Below, one piece after another: positions 8,677 to 18,825 of a stretch of DNA of 64,000 bases. The position numbers and the translations under genes are program-made. The notes beneath the pieces are model-generated. The model did not search any database. It was not told the DNA's origin and worked only from the letters and a program-made list of their open reading frames with translations. This stretch comes from Bacilli bacterium (GTDB lineage Bacteria; Bacillota_I; Bacilli_A; RFN20; CAG-826): positions 1-64,000 of the forward strand of contig JAZLKX010000001.1 of NCBI GenBank assembly GCA_045597865.1, written 5' to 3'. Position 1 is the first letter of the stretch. Each line of letters starts with the position of its first letter.

Positions 8677-9963
8677 ATGTACCAACCTAAAATGAAACTA
8701 ACTCCGGAGCAGAGAGACATTCTCGATGGCAAACAAGGACCTACTAAAGCCAAAATTTTAGAAACCCTTGTTCGTTATGGAGATATTTTTGATGCACCAG
8801 AATTAGTGCCAGTAACCCATGGATGTGGACACTTAGTTACCTCATTCGGTATGGGATTACTCAAACCTGTTTTCCGCATTTGTGATGAAATGATTGAAGC
8901 AGGACTCAAAGTAGAAGGCGGATTCACAATGGATCCTCGTCCAGTTGACTACAAAAACGTCAAATGTAATCTACTTGAAAAAGCAGTCTTCAATCTCATT
9001 ATGTATGGAAAACAAAAAGACTATGAGGAAAGATTGCTCAAGTTAGGAATGGTTCCAAACGATCCATTCTCATGTGCTTGCTATTTCAAAGAAATAGGAA
9101 ACATCCCAAAGAAAGGCGATGTTCTTTCTTGGGCTGAATCATCCGCAGTTAACTATGCAAACTCAGTTCTAGGAGCAAGATGTAATAGAAACTCCGGTAT
9201 GATTGATATTTTCGGATCAATTATTGGCTACGTTCCAAAGTTCGGTTTATTAACCGATGAAGGTCGTAAAGCAACCTGGAAAGTCACATTAAAACTCACC
9301 AAAATGCCAGAAGCTCAAGTACTTGGCTCTGCCATTGGTATGAAAGTTATGGAAGAAGTTCCTTATGTTGTTGGCTTAGACCAATGGATTGGAACTGAAC
9401 TCACTGATGAAGCAACTGGATTCTTAAAAGATTTCGGTGCAGCAACAGCCTCAAATGGTGCAGTTGGTTTATATCATATTGATAAGATTACACCAGAAGC
9501 AAAAGAACAAGGTGAAAAGCTTCTTGCTCCTGGCTATAAAGAATACGTCATTGATGATGCAGAACTCGAAAGAGTTTATAAAAACTATCCAGTCATGTGG
9601 AAGAACAAAGAAAAAGAAGGAAATCTTGCCTTCATTGGCTGTCCACACTTATCACTCAAACAACTCAATGAGTGGACTGATAGATTAGAAAATGCTCTCA
9701 AAGAGAGCGGACGTAAAAAAGTGGCAGTTCGCACCATCCTTTGCACTGCTCCAGCAGTCAAAGAAGTCTTCATTAAGACTGAAGCATATCAAAGATTAAT
9801 GAAGACCGGAGCAAAGCTCACATGCATCTGCCCACTCATGTATGCTAATAACCCACTTACTAAGAAACGTCGTATTATGACAGCTTCTAATAAGTTAAGA
9901 ACATACACACTCGCAAGATACTACAAGACTGATGAACTTGTAGCAAAGATTTGCGGTAAATAA
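8677..9963 (+). CDS. Aconitase X catalytic (large) subunit, DUF521
   Basis: SCACY, SWAESSAVNYANSVLGARCNR, IGCPHLS, TASNKLR motifs. Confidence 0.9.
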   Translation: MYQPKMKLTPEQRDILDGKQGPTKAKILETLVRYGDIFDAPELVPVTHGCGHLVTSFGMGLLKPVFRICDEMIEAGLKVEGGFTMDPRPVDYKNVKCNLLEKAVFNLIMYGKQKDYEERLLKLGMVPNDPFSCACYFKEIGNIPKKGDVLSWAESSAVNYANSVLGARCNRNSGMIDIFGSIIGYVPKFGLLTDEGRKATWKVTLKLTKMPEAQVLGSAIGMKVMEEVPYVVGLDQWIGTELTDEATGFLKDFGAATASNGAVGLYHIDKITPEAKEQGEKLLAPGYKEYVIDDAELERVYKNYPVMWKNKEKEGNLAFIGCPHLSLKQLNEWTDRLENALKESGRKKVAVRTILCTAPAVKEVFIKTEAYQRLMKTGAKLTCICPLMYANNPLTKKRRIMTASNKLRTYTLARYYKTDELVAKICGK

Positions 9964-9977
9964 GGAGGATACGAAGA

Positions 9978-10418
9978 ATGAAAGAATTTAAAGGTCGTGT
10001 CTTAGCAGCAGGAAATTACAAAGGTGAATGCATCGTTTCACACGGTGGATTAAATACTCTTGCAACATTCCAAAGCTCAGCAATTAAACATGCTAAGAAA
10101 GTTATTGCCTCTGATCAAAATAACCCAGATTTATATGGTAAAAACATCACAGGTATTGCATTAATCCTCCCACAAACAATTGGTTCTACAACAGGCGGAA
10201 TGGTTCTTCAAGTCATTTGCTCTATGAAGATCAATCCAGCATGTTTACTCTTCTCTGAGTCTATTGACTCACTTGCAGCAGCAGGTGCAGTTCTCTCAAC
10301 AGTTTGGGAAGGCTCTGACATCATTGTCATTGATAGACTTGGAAAAGAAATTTTAGAAGCCGTTAAGAGTGGTGGACAAGTAGAAGTTAAAGAAGACGGT
10401 ACTGTTATCGTCTACTAA
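9978..10418 (+). CDS. Aconitase X swivel (small) subunit, DUF126
   Basis: FKGRVL, GSTTGG, IDSLAAAG; adjacent to DUF521 gene. Confidence 0.88.
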   Translation: MKEFKGRVLAAGNYKGECIVSHGGLNTLATFQSSAIKHAKKVIASDQNNPDLYGKNITGIALILPQTIGSTTGGMVLQVICSMKINPACLLFSESIDSLAAAGAVLSTVWEGSDIIVIDRLGKEILEAVKSGGQVEVKEDGTVIVY

Positions 10419-10433
10419 TTTAGGAGGCTCAAA

Positions 10434-12500
10434 ATGGATAAGAAATTTGAACCATTATTTACCCCTTGGAAGATTCGTGATGTAGAAATTCGTAATAGAA
10501 TCGTCATGACTTCAATGGGCGGAACATCCCTATTCGGTTGGATGGAACCAGCACACTTCGATAAAGAAGCTGCAAAGTTCATCTTAAAAAGATGTGAGAA
10601 CAATGTTGGATTAATTCTCCCTGGCATTGCTCCAATTAAAAACCCAATGATGGGTGGTTGGTTATACTCCAACAAAGGAATGTATAAAGAACTCAAAAAA
10701 TTCATGGATGAAGTTCACAAAACAGGCGCCAAGTTATTCGTTCAATTAACTGGTGGTTTTGGTAGATCCATGGCTATTAACTCATTAATGGAAAAGTGCT
10801 GCACTAACAAAGTTATGGGCGCACTCATGAAACCAATCTTCAACATGGCTTGGATTAACGCTGCTCCATCAGTTACACCAAACAGATGGTCAGAAAAAGT
10901 TATGACAAGAGCATTAACAGAAAAGCAAATCTTGAAGTTTATTGACGCATTCGCAAGAACTGCAAAACTTTGTAAAGATGCTGGTGTTGATGGTATTGAA
11001 GTACACGCTGTTCATGAAGGTTATTTACTTGACCAATTTACCATGAAATACAGCAACCTCAGAACTGATAAATGGGGCGGTTCTTTCGAAAATCGCTATA
11101 GATTCCCAGTCGAAATCGTCAAAGCAATCAAAAATGCATGTGGCGAAAACTTCCCAGTTTCCCTCCGTTATTCCGTCGTTTCTAAGACAAAAGGATTCGG
11201 CAAAGGCGCAATGCCAGGCGAAGACTATGTCGAAGTCGGACGTGATATGGAAGAATCCGAAAAGGCAGCTAAATACTTACAAGATGCAGGTTACGATATG
11301 CTTAACTGTGATAACGGAACCTACGATGCTTGGTATTGGGCTCACCCTCCAGGATACATGGGTAGAAACTGTAACTTAGCTGAAGTCGAACACATTAAGA
11401 AATTTGTTGATATTCCAGTTGTTTGTGCAGGTAATATGGACGCAGATGTTGCTGCAGAATCCATTAAAGCAGGTAAACTTGATGGCATGGGTGTCGCAAG
11501 ACAATTCCTTGTCGATCCAGAATGGGTAACAAAGTTAATGGAAGATAGAATTCCAGATATCAAACCATGTATTCAATGTCACAATGGCTGTTTCAATATG
11601 TGTCACTACAAAGGTGTCGCAAATGATCAAGCCTTAGGTGATGCAATCCACATGGCAAGATGTGCATTAAACCCAGAAACAATGCAATCAGGCAAGTACT
11701 ACATTAAACCAGCTAAAAAAGCAAAGAATGTTGCTATCATCGGTGGTGGTATTGGTGGAATGGAAGCCGCACTTGTTCTCGCAAAACGCGGACATAATGT
11801 CACAATCTTTGAAAAGAGTGATGTATTAGGTGGTGTCTTCATTGCCGCAGCAGCTCCTTCATTCAAAGAATCTGATAGATCACTCATTGAGTGGTATAAA
11901 CGTGAAATTGCTAAATATCCAGCAATCAAAGTTGTTCTTAACAAAGAAATTAAATGCCCAGATTGCTTAGCAAAAGAAGGCAAATTCAATGATGTTATCG
12001 TAGCAACTGGGTCAGTTGCAAGAAAACTCCCAGTCAAAGGCGGAGAACTTTGTGTTCCAGCCGTTGACTTCTTACTCGGCAAAGCCGAAGTAGGAGATAA
12101 TCCAGTTATTATTGGTGGTGGTCTTACTGGATGTGAAATTGCTTATGAACTTTCAATCCATGGCAAGAATCCATCAATCATTGAAATGAAGAATGATTTA
12201 ATCGCAGTACGTGGCGTTTGCTTAGCAAACTCTTCATACTTAAGAGATTACTTCGAACTTCATAAAACTCCAGTTTTCTTAGAAACTAGTGTTAAAGAAG
12301 TTACCAAAGACGGTGTCATTGCTGTTGATAAAGACGGCAAAGAATTTGAAGTCAAAGGTAGTGCTGTTATTGCATCAATTGGTTATAAACCAACCCCAGC
12401 ATTTGAAGGAAAACATGTCCACTTAGTTGGCGATTGTAATGCAATCGGAAACTTAAGAACAGTTATCTGGAGAGCTTGGGATGTTGCAATGAAGATTTAA
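10434..12500 (+). CDS. NADH:flavin oxidoreductase, 2-enoate reductase-like (OYE + 4Fe-4S + FAD/NAD domains)
   Basis: RNRIVM, GIEVHAVHEGYLLDQF, RTDKWGGSFENR, CIQCHNGC...C, two GGGxxG motifs. Confidence 0.88.
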   Translation: MDKKFEPLFTPWKIRDVEIRNRIVMTSMGGTSLFGWMEPAHFDKEAAKFILKRCENNVGLILPGIAPIKNPMMGGWLYSNKGMYKELKKFMDEVHKTGAKLFVQLTGGFGRSMAINSLMEKCCTNKVMGALMKPIFNMAWINAAPSVTPNRWSEKVMTRALTEKQILKFIDAFARTAKLCKDAGVDGIEVHAVHEGYLLDQFTMKYSNLRTDKWGGSFENRYRFPVEIVKAIKNACGENFPVSLRYSVVSKTKGFGKGAMPGEDYVEVGRDMEESEKAAKYLQDAGYDMLNCDNGTYDAWYWAHPPGYMGRNCNLAEVEHIKKFVDIPVVCAGNMDADVAAESIKAGKLDGMGVARQFLVDPEWVTKLMEDRIPDIKPCIQCHNGCFNMCHYKGVANDQALGDAIHMARCALNPETMQSGKYYIKPAKKAKNVAIIGGGIGGMEAALVLAKRGHNVTIFEKSDVLGGVFIAAAAPSFKESDRSLIEWYKREIAKYPAIKVVLNKEIKCPDCLAKEGKFNDVIVATGSVARKLPVKGGELCVPAVDFLLGKAEVGDNPVIIGGGLTGCEIAYELSIHGKNPSIIEMKNDLIAVRGVCLANSSYLRDYFELHKTPVFLETSVKEVTKDGVIAVDKDGKEFEVKGSAVIASIGYKPTPAFEGKHVHLVGDCNAIGNLRTVIWRAWDVAMKI

Positions 12501-12519
12501 TCTTCATTATAACAAATTT

Positions 12520-12544
12520 AAAGGGAACCATTTGGTTCCCTTTT
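12520..12544. terminator. Bidirectional terminator
   Basis: AAAGGGAACCA-TT-TGGTTCCCTTT between convergent genes. Confidence 0.75.
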
Positions 12545-12545
12545 C

Positions 12546-13379
12546 TTATTCGTATTGCCAACCTTTTAATGATATCTTACAAAGTATTGCGGTATAACCC
12601 GAATCATTATTTGGAATAAAGTTATTGAACTTAATATTGAAGTGAGTCATTGTACCTTGTTTTATGTATAAGGTTTTCTTTAACGCAGTGTTATTCTTTG
12701 GAACATCACTCTTTTGAATTTCAATTGAGTCTGTGTTTATAAGTGTATTAGCAGAATTATATTCATCAATCTTGAATTGAGGCTCTCCACTTGTAGCTTT
12801 GTATTTTGTTGATTGATGTGAGCTGAACCAGAATTCAAATCTTACCTCAACTTTTGGATAACTAACGAAGATTGGTGATTCCATATATTGTTTCTTATCA
12901 AAGAATTCAATTCCGCTATAATCAACATCTTCATTTGGGTTTTCCCATAAGCAATTTGAGAATGGTTCGAAGGTTGTTCCGTAGTAGAAATCCCAGTCTT
13001 CATGGTATGCAGGTTCGTGTCCATCATGAAACTCATATTCTTTCCACTCATCAAGCGAAATCCCCGTGTTTTCCTGAGTATTTCCCTCATTTTCTCCAGT
13101 ATTTTGATTTTCTTCCTCGTCTTCATCATCCTCAATTTGAGTATGTTCGTGATCATGATTACCTTCGTGTTCATGAGTATGTTCTTGGGTTTCCTCTTCC
13201 TCGTTATTGCCAGATTGTTCAGAATCTTCATTAGGTTTACTTTGTTGATTTGATTCTTCATTTTCATCCTGGCTTTGATGAGTTTCTTCACCCGGATTTT
13301 CTTCTTGTTTGAATTGAGTAAGTGTACATGCACCAAGCATGAGCGGAAGAACTAATAATGCTAAAATCGATTTTTTCAT
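12546..13379 (-). CDS. Lipoprotein with acidic/His-rich linker
   Basis: Signal peptide MKKSILALLVLPLMLGAC (lipobox LGAC); E/N/Q-rich region with HTHEHEGNHDHEH. Confidence 0.75.
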   Translation of the reverse strand: MKKSILALLVLPLMLGACTLTQFKQEENPGEETHQSQDENEESNQQSKPNEDSEQSGNNEEEETQEHTHEHEGNHDHEHTQIEDDEDEEENQNTGENEGNTQENTGISLDEWKEYEFHDGHEPAYHEDWDFYYGTTFEPFSNCLWENPNEDVDYSGIEFFDKKQYMESPIFVSYPKVEVRFEFWFSSHQSTKYKATSGEPQFKIDEYNSANTLINTDSIEIQKSDVPKNNTALKKTLYIKQGTMTHFNIKFNNFIPNNDSGYTAILCKISLKGWQYE

Positions 13380-13453
13380 GGTTTCTATTTTACCAAATTT
13401 CGCCAACAATAGCACCTTGTAAAAAATCACTTAGAGTGATTAAATATAAAGGT

Positions 13454-14650
13454 ATGAAAAAATCACTAATGTTACTTATGTTAGCTCTCACAACTACTTG
13501 TGTTGTTGGTTGTGGAAGTAGCGAACCCGGAAAAGACGATACTGAAATTACCAAAATTGAAATAGCAGGTAATTTAAAGGTTAAGAATTATAAGTATAAT
13601 GATGAATGGAATTTATCTGGGTTAGTTGTTAATGCTATTCAAAAAGATGGCACAAAAATTAAATTGGATTCAGATGAATACAAAATGACTCTTGGTGTTG
13701 CAAAACCAAAAGATCTTACTGCAGCACTCGGAATAACAGTTAAATACAATCGTAAGAAAACAATTACCGCAACTCGTAGCTTTACAGATATTTTTGTAGC
13801 AGACGAAGAGTTTGATGAAGAACAAGAAATCGCTGATTACTATGATGATTGCGATACAACATTAAGCGGAAATGATTTAATTGATGAACTTCATAGACAT
13901 TCATTTTCAAAGCATACTTACTTTGTAAAATATGGTGAAACATCTCCATATCTTAAGAAAACAAAAGGCTTTGATAGTCCTGATTTAATTCCAGGAGCCC
14001 ATAATACAGAATTTTTCTACACTGGTAAAAAATCTAATTATGAAATTGGCACACGTGAACACGTTTGGCCATGTAATGATTCTGCAGAACTCTGGGTTCA
14101 TGATTCATCATATGAAAGTAAAGGCCACTATGTAGATTCACCAAATTATGTTGGTGGTGGTGCAGACTTATATCACCTCCGTCCATGTGATTCAGACATT
14201 AACACTGCTAGAGGCGATGCTGCATACGTTGATTTTGATGAAACAGATTCTAAATATTCGCCAGTCATTTCAATGAGTGATGGTGGATCATATAAGTTGA
14301 AATGCTACAAAAGAGGAACAAGTAAAGCTCCAGTAGAATTTGCTGATTATGTTGAAGTCGATGACGCATTCAAAGGTGATATTGCTCGTACTATTGCATA
14401 TTTATATATGCATTATCGCACAAATAGTAACACTCCAAGCGAATATCGTTCAATGACTGGAAACCTTCAATTAACAAGAGTTCTTGGTTATAGTTCTACT
14501 TCAAGATGTATCGAAATCCTAAAGAAGTGGAATAAGTTAGATAAACCAAGTGCTGTTGAGAAACATAGAAACCATGTTGTTCAACAAATACAAGGTAATC
14601 GAAATCCATTTGTAGATGATTACACATTAATAGATAAGATGTTCAAATAG
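13454..14650 (+). CDS. Lipoprotein, Ig-like domain plus endonuclease I (EndA/Bsn) family nuclease
   Basis: Lipobox VGC; REHVWP, DLYHLRP, NTARG, KGDIAR, QGNRNPFVD. Confidence 0.88.
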   Translation: MKKSLMLLMLALTTTCVVGCGSSEPGKDDTEITKIEIAGNLKVKNYKYNDEWNLSGLVVNAIQKDGTKIKLDSDEYKMTLGVAKPKDLTAALGITVKYNRKKTITATRSFTDIFVADEEFDEEQEIADYYDDCDTTLSGNDLIDELHRHSFSKHTYFVKYGETSPYLKKTKGFDSPDLIPGAHNTEFFYTGKKSNYEIGTREHVWPCNDSAELWVHDSSYESKGHYVDSPNYVGGGADLYHLRPCDSDINTARGDAAYVDFDETDSKYSPVISMSDGGSYKLKCYKRGTSKAPVEFADYVEVDDAFKGDIARTIAYLYMHYRTNSNTPSEYRSMTGNLQLTRVLGYSSTSRCIEILKKWNKLDKPSAVEKHRNHVVQQIQGNRNPFVDDYTLIDKMFK

Positions 14651-14728
14651 GACATCTTTTCTTTTAAAAATTGTTGCTTTTAAATAAGCAAAGAATATAA
14701 TACATACACAAATATGGAGGACCATATA

Positions 14729-15919
14729 ATGAATTTCATATTTATTTCACCAAACTTTCCAGTTATCTATTCTCACTTTGTAAAGGAACTTAAAGCCAAA
14801 GGCGTTAATGTTCTTGGAATAGGTGATCAACCATACGAATCACTTTGTGATGAACTTAAAAACAATCTTACCGAATATTGTTATGTCTCTAACATGAACA
14901 ACATGGATTGGATGATTAACACTGTTCAATATCTCAAAAATAAATACGGTAAGATTGATTTTATCGAATCCAATAATGAGTATTGGATGAGAAATGACGC
15001 TAAACTAAGAGAATGGTTTAATGTTGAAGGTGGTTATAGATTCCATGATTTGGAAGTTTACCAAGCCAAATCAAAAATGAAACAATACTTCCAAAAAGCA
15101 GGCTTAAAGACTGCTAGATACATTATGGTTTCTTCTTTAGAAGAATCATTGAAGTTTGTTAAAGAAGTCGGCTACCCAGTATTTGCCAAGCCAGATAGTG
15201 GTGTAGGCGCTGCATCTACATTCAAAATCAAGAATGAAGATGATTTAAGAAACTTCCACAATATTAACCACTCTGAACCTTACATTATGGAAGAGTTCAT
15301 TAGTGGTTCTATTGTGTCCTTTGACGGCATCGCCAACAAAGAATGTGAAGTTACAATATGTTTCAAAGAAACATTCCCAACTCCAATTGCAGAAGTTGTC
15401 TCTCAAAATAAAGATGTTTATTATTTCGCCAAATCCTCTATGCCAAAAAGCTATAGAGAGATGGGCGAAAGAATTGTTAAAGCATTTAACATTTCTCAAA
15501 GATGTTTCCATATTGAACTTTGGAAACTTCTTGAGGATAAACCAGGCCTTGCTAAAAAAGGTGAAATCATCGCCTTAGAAGCCAACTTAAGATCTCCAGG
15601 AGGAAATACTCCAGAGTTATTGAATCTTGTATCTAAATGTGACTACTACGAGACTTACGCTAATATGATTGTTAACAATGTCTCACAATTAGATAACGAA
15701 ACTGATTTTGTTTCGTATTCAATAAATCGTAAGTATTCCATTCAGTATGAACATAGTTCTACTGAAATTATGGAGAAGTTCAGTGAATATCTAAGAGAAC
15801 ACGGAACTTATCCAGAAGCCTTCAGAGATGCTCTTGGCGATGAATTCTTCTTGTTTGTATTTAAACACGATGCCAAGAAAGAAAAAGAATTCTTGGATTA
15901 CGTATTAGCACATAAATAA
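14729..15919 (+). CDS. ATP-grasp domain protein
   Basis: MNFIFISPNFP start, GYPVFAKPDSGVGA, EEFISG, FHIE, EANLR. Confidence 0.8.
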   Translation: MNFIFISPNFPVIYSHFVKELKAKGVNVLGIGDQPYESLCDELKNNLTEYCYVSNMNNMDWMINTVQYLKNKYGKIDFIESNNEYWMRNDAKLREWFNVEGGYRFHDLEVYQAKSKMKQYFQKAGLKTARYIMVSSLEESLKFVKEVGYPVFAKPDSGVGAASTFKIKNEDDLRNFHNINHSEPYIMEEFISGSIVSFDGIANKECEVTICFKETFPTPIAEVVSQNKDVYYFAKSSMPKSYREMGERIVKAFNISQRCFHIELWKLLEDKPGLAKKGEIIALEANLRSPGGNTPELLNLVSKCDYYETYANMIVNNVSQLDNETDFVSYSINRKYSIQYEHSSTEIMEKFSEYLREHGTYPEAFRDALGDEFFLFVFKHDAKKEKEFLDYVLAHK

Positions 15920-15998
15920 AAGATAAAGGTGGTTCAACGAATCACCTTTTTTCTTGCTTTTTTTATGTGCGTATATAAAATATATACAGGCAAAAATT

Positions 15999-17603
15999 AT
16001 GAAACTTGATTTATCAAAATACGGAATTACAAATACTATAGAACTTTTTCATAACCCTTCTTATGAATTTCTTTTTGAAGAAGAAACTAAACATGGTTTA
16101 GAGGGTTATGAAAAAGGTCAATTAACTGAATTAGATGCAATTAATGTAATGACAGGAATCTATACTGGACGTAGTCCTAAGGATAAATTCATTGTCATGG
16201 ATGAAGTTAGCAAGAACACAGTATGGTGGACTAGTGATAACTTCAAAAACGACAATCATCCAGCTTCAATCGAAGCCTGGAATGAGTGCAAAAGAATTGC
16301 ACTAAGTCAGTTGTCGAACAAACGACTTTATGTTGTGGACGCCTATTGTGGTGCAAATAAAGACACCCGTATGGCAGTTAGATTTATCTGCGAAGTCGCA
16401 TGGCAAGCACACTTTATTCGTAACATGTTTATTAAACCAAGTGATGAAGAACTCGCTAACTTTGAACCTGATTTTGTGGTCTACAATGCCTCAAAAGCTA
16501 AAGTTACAAACTACAAAGAACTCGGTCTAAATTCAGAGACTGCAGTTTTGTTCAATTTAACTTCAAAAGAACAAATCATCCTCAATACCTGGTATGGTGG
16601 TGAAATGAAGAAGGGAATGTTCTCAATGATGAACTACTTCTTACCACTTAAGGGTATTGCCTCAATGCATTGTTCAGCTAACACAGACTTAAACGGTGAA
16701 AATACAGCAATTTTCTTTGGTCTTTCTGGAACTGGTAAAACAACACTTTCAACTGATCCAAAACGTTTACTCGTCGGTGATGATGAACATGGTTGGGATG
16801 ATAATGGAATTTTTAACTTTGAAGGTGGCTGTTACGCTAAAGTAATTAACCTCGATAAAGACTCAGAACCAGATATCTATAACGCAATTAGACGTAATGC
16901 ATTGCTAGAGAATGTAACTGTAGACGATAGGGGACGTATCGATTTTTCGGATAAATCAGTTACTGAGAACACTCGTGTCTCATACCCAATTAATCACATT
17001 AAAAACATTGTAAAACCTGTTAGCAGTGCACCTCACGCTAAATGTGTTATTTTCTTAAGTGCGGATGCTTATGGAGTACTTCCGCCAGTAAGTATTCTTT
17101 CACCTGAACAAACTCAATACTATTTCCTTTCTGGTTATACTTCAAAACTTGCAGGTACTGAAAGAGGTATTACTGAACCAACACCAACATTCTCATCTTG
17201 CTTTGGACAAGCATTCCTTGAGTTGCATCCAACAAAGTATGCAGAAGAGCTAGTCCGTAAGATGAATATGGTGGGTGCTAAAGCTTATTTAGTGAATACT
17301 GGTTGGAACGGAACAGGTAAACGTATATCGATTAAAGACACCCGTGGAATTATTGATTCAATACTGGATGGCTCCATAAATAAAGCTCAAACAAAGGTTA
17401 TTCCTGTTTTCAATCTAGAGGTTCCACTTGAACTTCCTGGAGTAGACAAAAACATATTAGATCCTAGAGACACTTACTCTAGTAGGGGCGATTGGGACGA
17501 TAAGGCTAATGCGTTAGCAACTAAGTTCCAAGAAAACTTCAAAAAGTTTGAATTAAGCGCTATAGGTAGGGGCTTAAAGGATTTTGGCCCTAAAGCAAAA
17601 TAG
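15999..17603 (+). CDS. pckA: Phosphoenolpyruvate carboxykinase (ATP)
   Basis: [42 protein letters not shown]. Confidence 0.97.
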   Translation: MKLDLSKYGITNTIELFHNPSYEFLFEEETKHGLEGYEKGQLTELDAINVMTGIYTGRSPKDKFIVMDEVSKNTVWWTSDNFKNDNHPASIEAWNECKRIALSQLSNKRLYVVDAYCGANKDTRMAVRFICEVAWQAHFIRNMFIKPSDEELANFEPDFVVYNASKAKVTNYKELGLNSETAVLFNLTSKEQIILNTWYGGEMKKGMFSMMNYFLPLKGIASMHCSANTDLNGENTAIFFGLSGTGKTTLSTDPKRLLVGDDEHGWDDNGIFNFEGGCYAKVINLDKDSEPDIYNAIRRNALLENVTVDDRGRIDFSDKSVTENTRVSYPINHIKNIVKPVSSAPHAKCVIFLSADAYGVLPPVSILSPEQTQYYFLSGYTSKLAGTERGITEPTPTFSSCFGQAFLELHPTKYAEELVRKMNMVGAKAYLVNTGWNGTGKRISIKDTRGIIDSILDGSINKAQTKVIPVFNLEVPLELPGVDKNILDPRDTYSSRGDWDDKANALATKFQENFKKFELSAIGRGLKDFGPKAK

Positions 17604-17612
17604 GAGGAAACG

Positions 17613-18824
17613 TTGATGGAAGACTTACAAAAGAAATACGATGAATATAAAGCAATGAATCTTTCTTTAAACATGACTCGTGGTAAGCCATGTAAAGAAC
17701 AATTAATGCTTTCAAATAAAATGCTTGATTGTCTAAATAGCAAATCTAACTTCTTATCTGCTGAAGGTATGGATGTTAGAAACTATGGTGGACTAGATGG
17801 CATTAAAGAATGTAAAAAGCTTTTAGCAGACATGGTTGATGCTAAACCAGAGAATGTCTTCATTTTCGGTAATTCATCCCTTAACGTTATGTATGATTGC
17901 ATCGCTAGAAGCATGACTCATGGTGTTTTAAACCATAAGCCATGGTGCAAACAAGGAAAGATTAAATTCATCTGTCCAGTGCCAGGTTACGATAGACATT
18001 TTGCAATTCTTGAACACTTCGGAATCGAAATGATAAATGTAGATTTGAAGGATGATGGCCCAGACATGGACGCTGTCGAAAAACTCGTAAAGGATAAGCA
18101 CGTAAAAGGCATTTGGTGTGTACCGGTGTACTCTAATCCAAGTGGAATAAGCTACTCTGATGAAGTAGTGAGACGTCTTGCAAACCTAAAACCAAAAGCA
18201 CCAGACTTCAGAATCTATTGGGATAACGCTTATGTCGTTCATCATCTCTACAACGATAAACAAGATAAAGTATTAAACATTTTAGAAGAATGTGTTAAGG
18301 CTAATAACCCAGATCTCGTATATGAGTTTGTATCAACATCAAAGGTTACATTCCCAGGTGGTGGTGTCGCAGCACTTGTTTCTTCAATCAATAATCTTGA
18401 TTCAGTTAAAGCTCAAGTTAAGTATCAAACCATTGGCCCTGATAAACTAAATCAACTTAGACATGTATTGTTCTTTAAGGATATTGAAGGACTAAAAGGT
18501 CAAATGAAGAAACATGCTGAAATATTAAGACCTAAGTTTGAATACATTGAAAAGAGATTCTCAGAAGAACTTGTTGGTCTCGCTAAATGGACAAATCCAC
18601 TTGGTGGCTATTTCGTTACGGTAGAAGTTCCAGGACGCGCTAAACAAGTTGTAGAGAAAGCTAGAGAACTTGGTCTATCACTTGTAGAAGTAGGTTCAGC
18701 ATTCCCATATCATAAAGATCCTAACGATTCAGTAATTAGACTCGCTCCAACATGTATGAATCAAAAGGAACTTGAACTTGCAACAGAGATATTTATTCTC
18801 TCAGTTAAGTTGTGTAGTAAATAA
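17613..18824 (+). CDS. PLP-dependent class I/II aminotransferase (aspartate aminotransferase-like)
   Basis: LNMTRGKP, PGYDRHF, SNPSG, WDNAY, STSKVT, IRLAP. Confidence 0.88.
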   Translation: MMEDLQKKYDEYKAMNLSLNMTRGKPCKEQLMLSNKMLDCLNSKSNFLSAEGMDVRNYGGLDGIKECKKLLADMVDAKPENVFIFGNSSLNVMYDCIARSMTHGVLNHKPWCKQGKIKFICPVPGYDRHFAILEHFGIEMINVDLKDDGPDMDAVEKLVKDKHVKGIWCVPVYSNPSGISYSDEVVRRLANLKPKAPDFRIYWDNAYVVHHLYNDKQDKVLNILEECVKANNPDLVYEFVSTSKVTFPGGGVAALVSSINNLDSVKAQVKYQTIGPDKLNQLRHVLFFKDIEGLKGQMKKHAEILRPKFEYIEKRFSEELVGLAKWTNPLGGYFVTVEVPGRAKQVVEKARELGLSLVEVGSAFPYHKDPNDSVIRLAPTCMNQKELELATEIFILSVKLCSK

Positions 18825-18825
18825 A

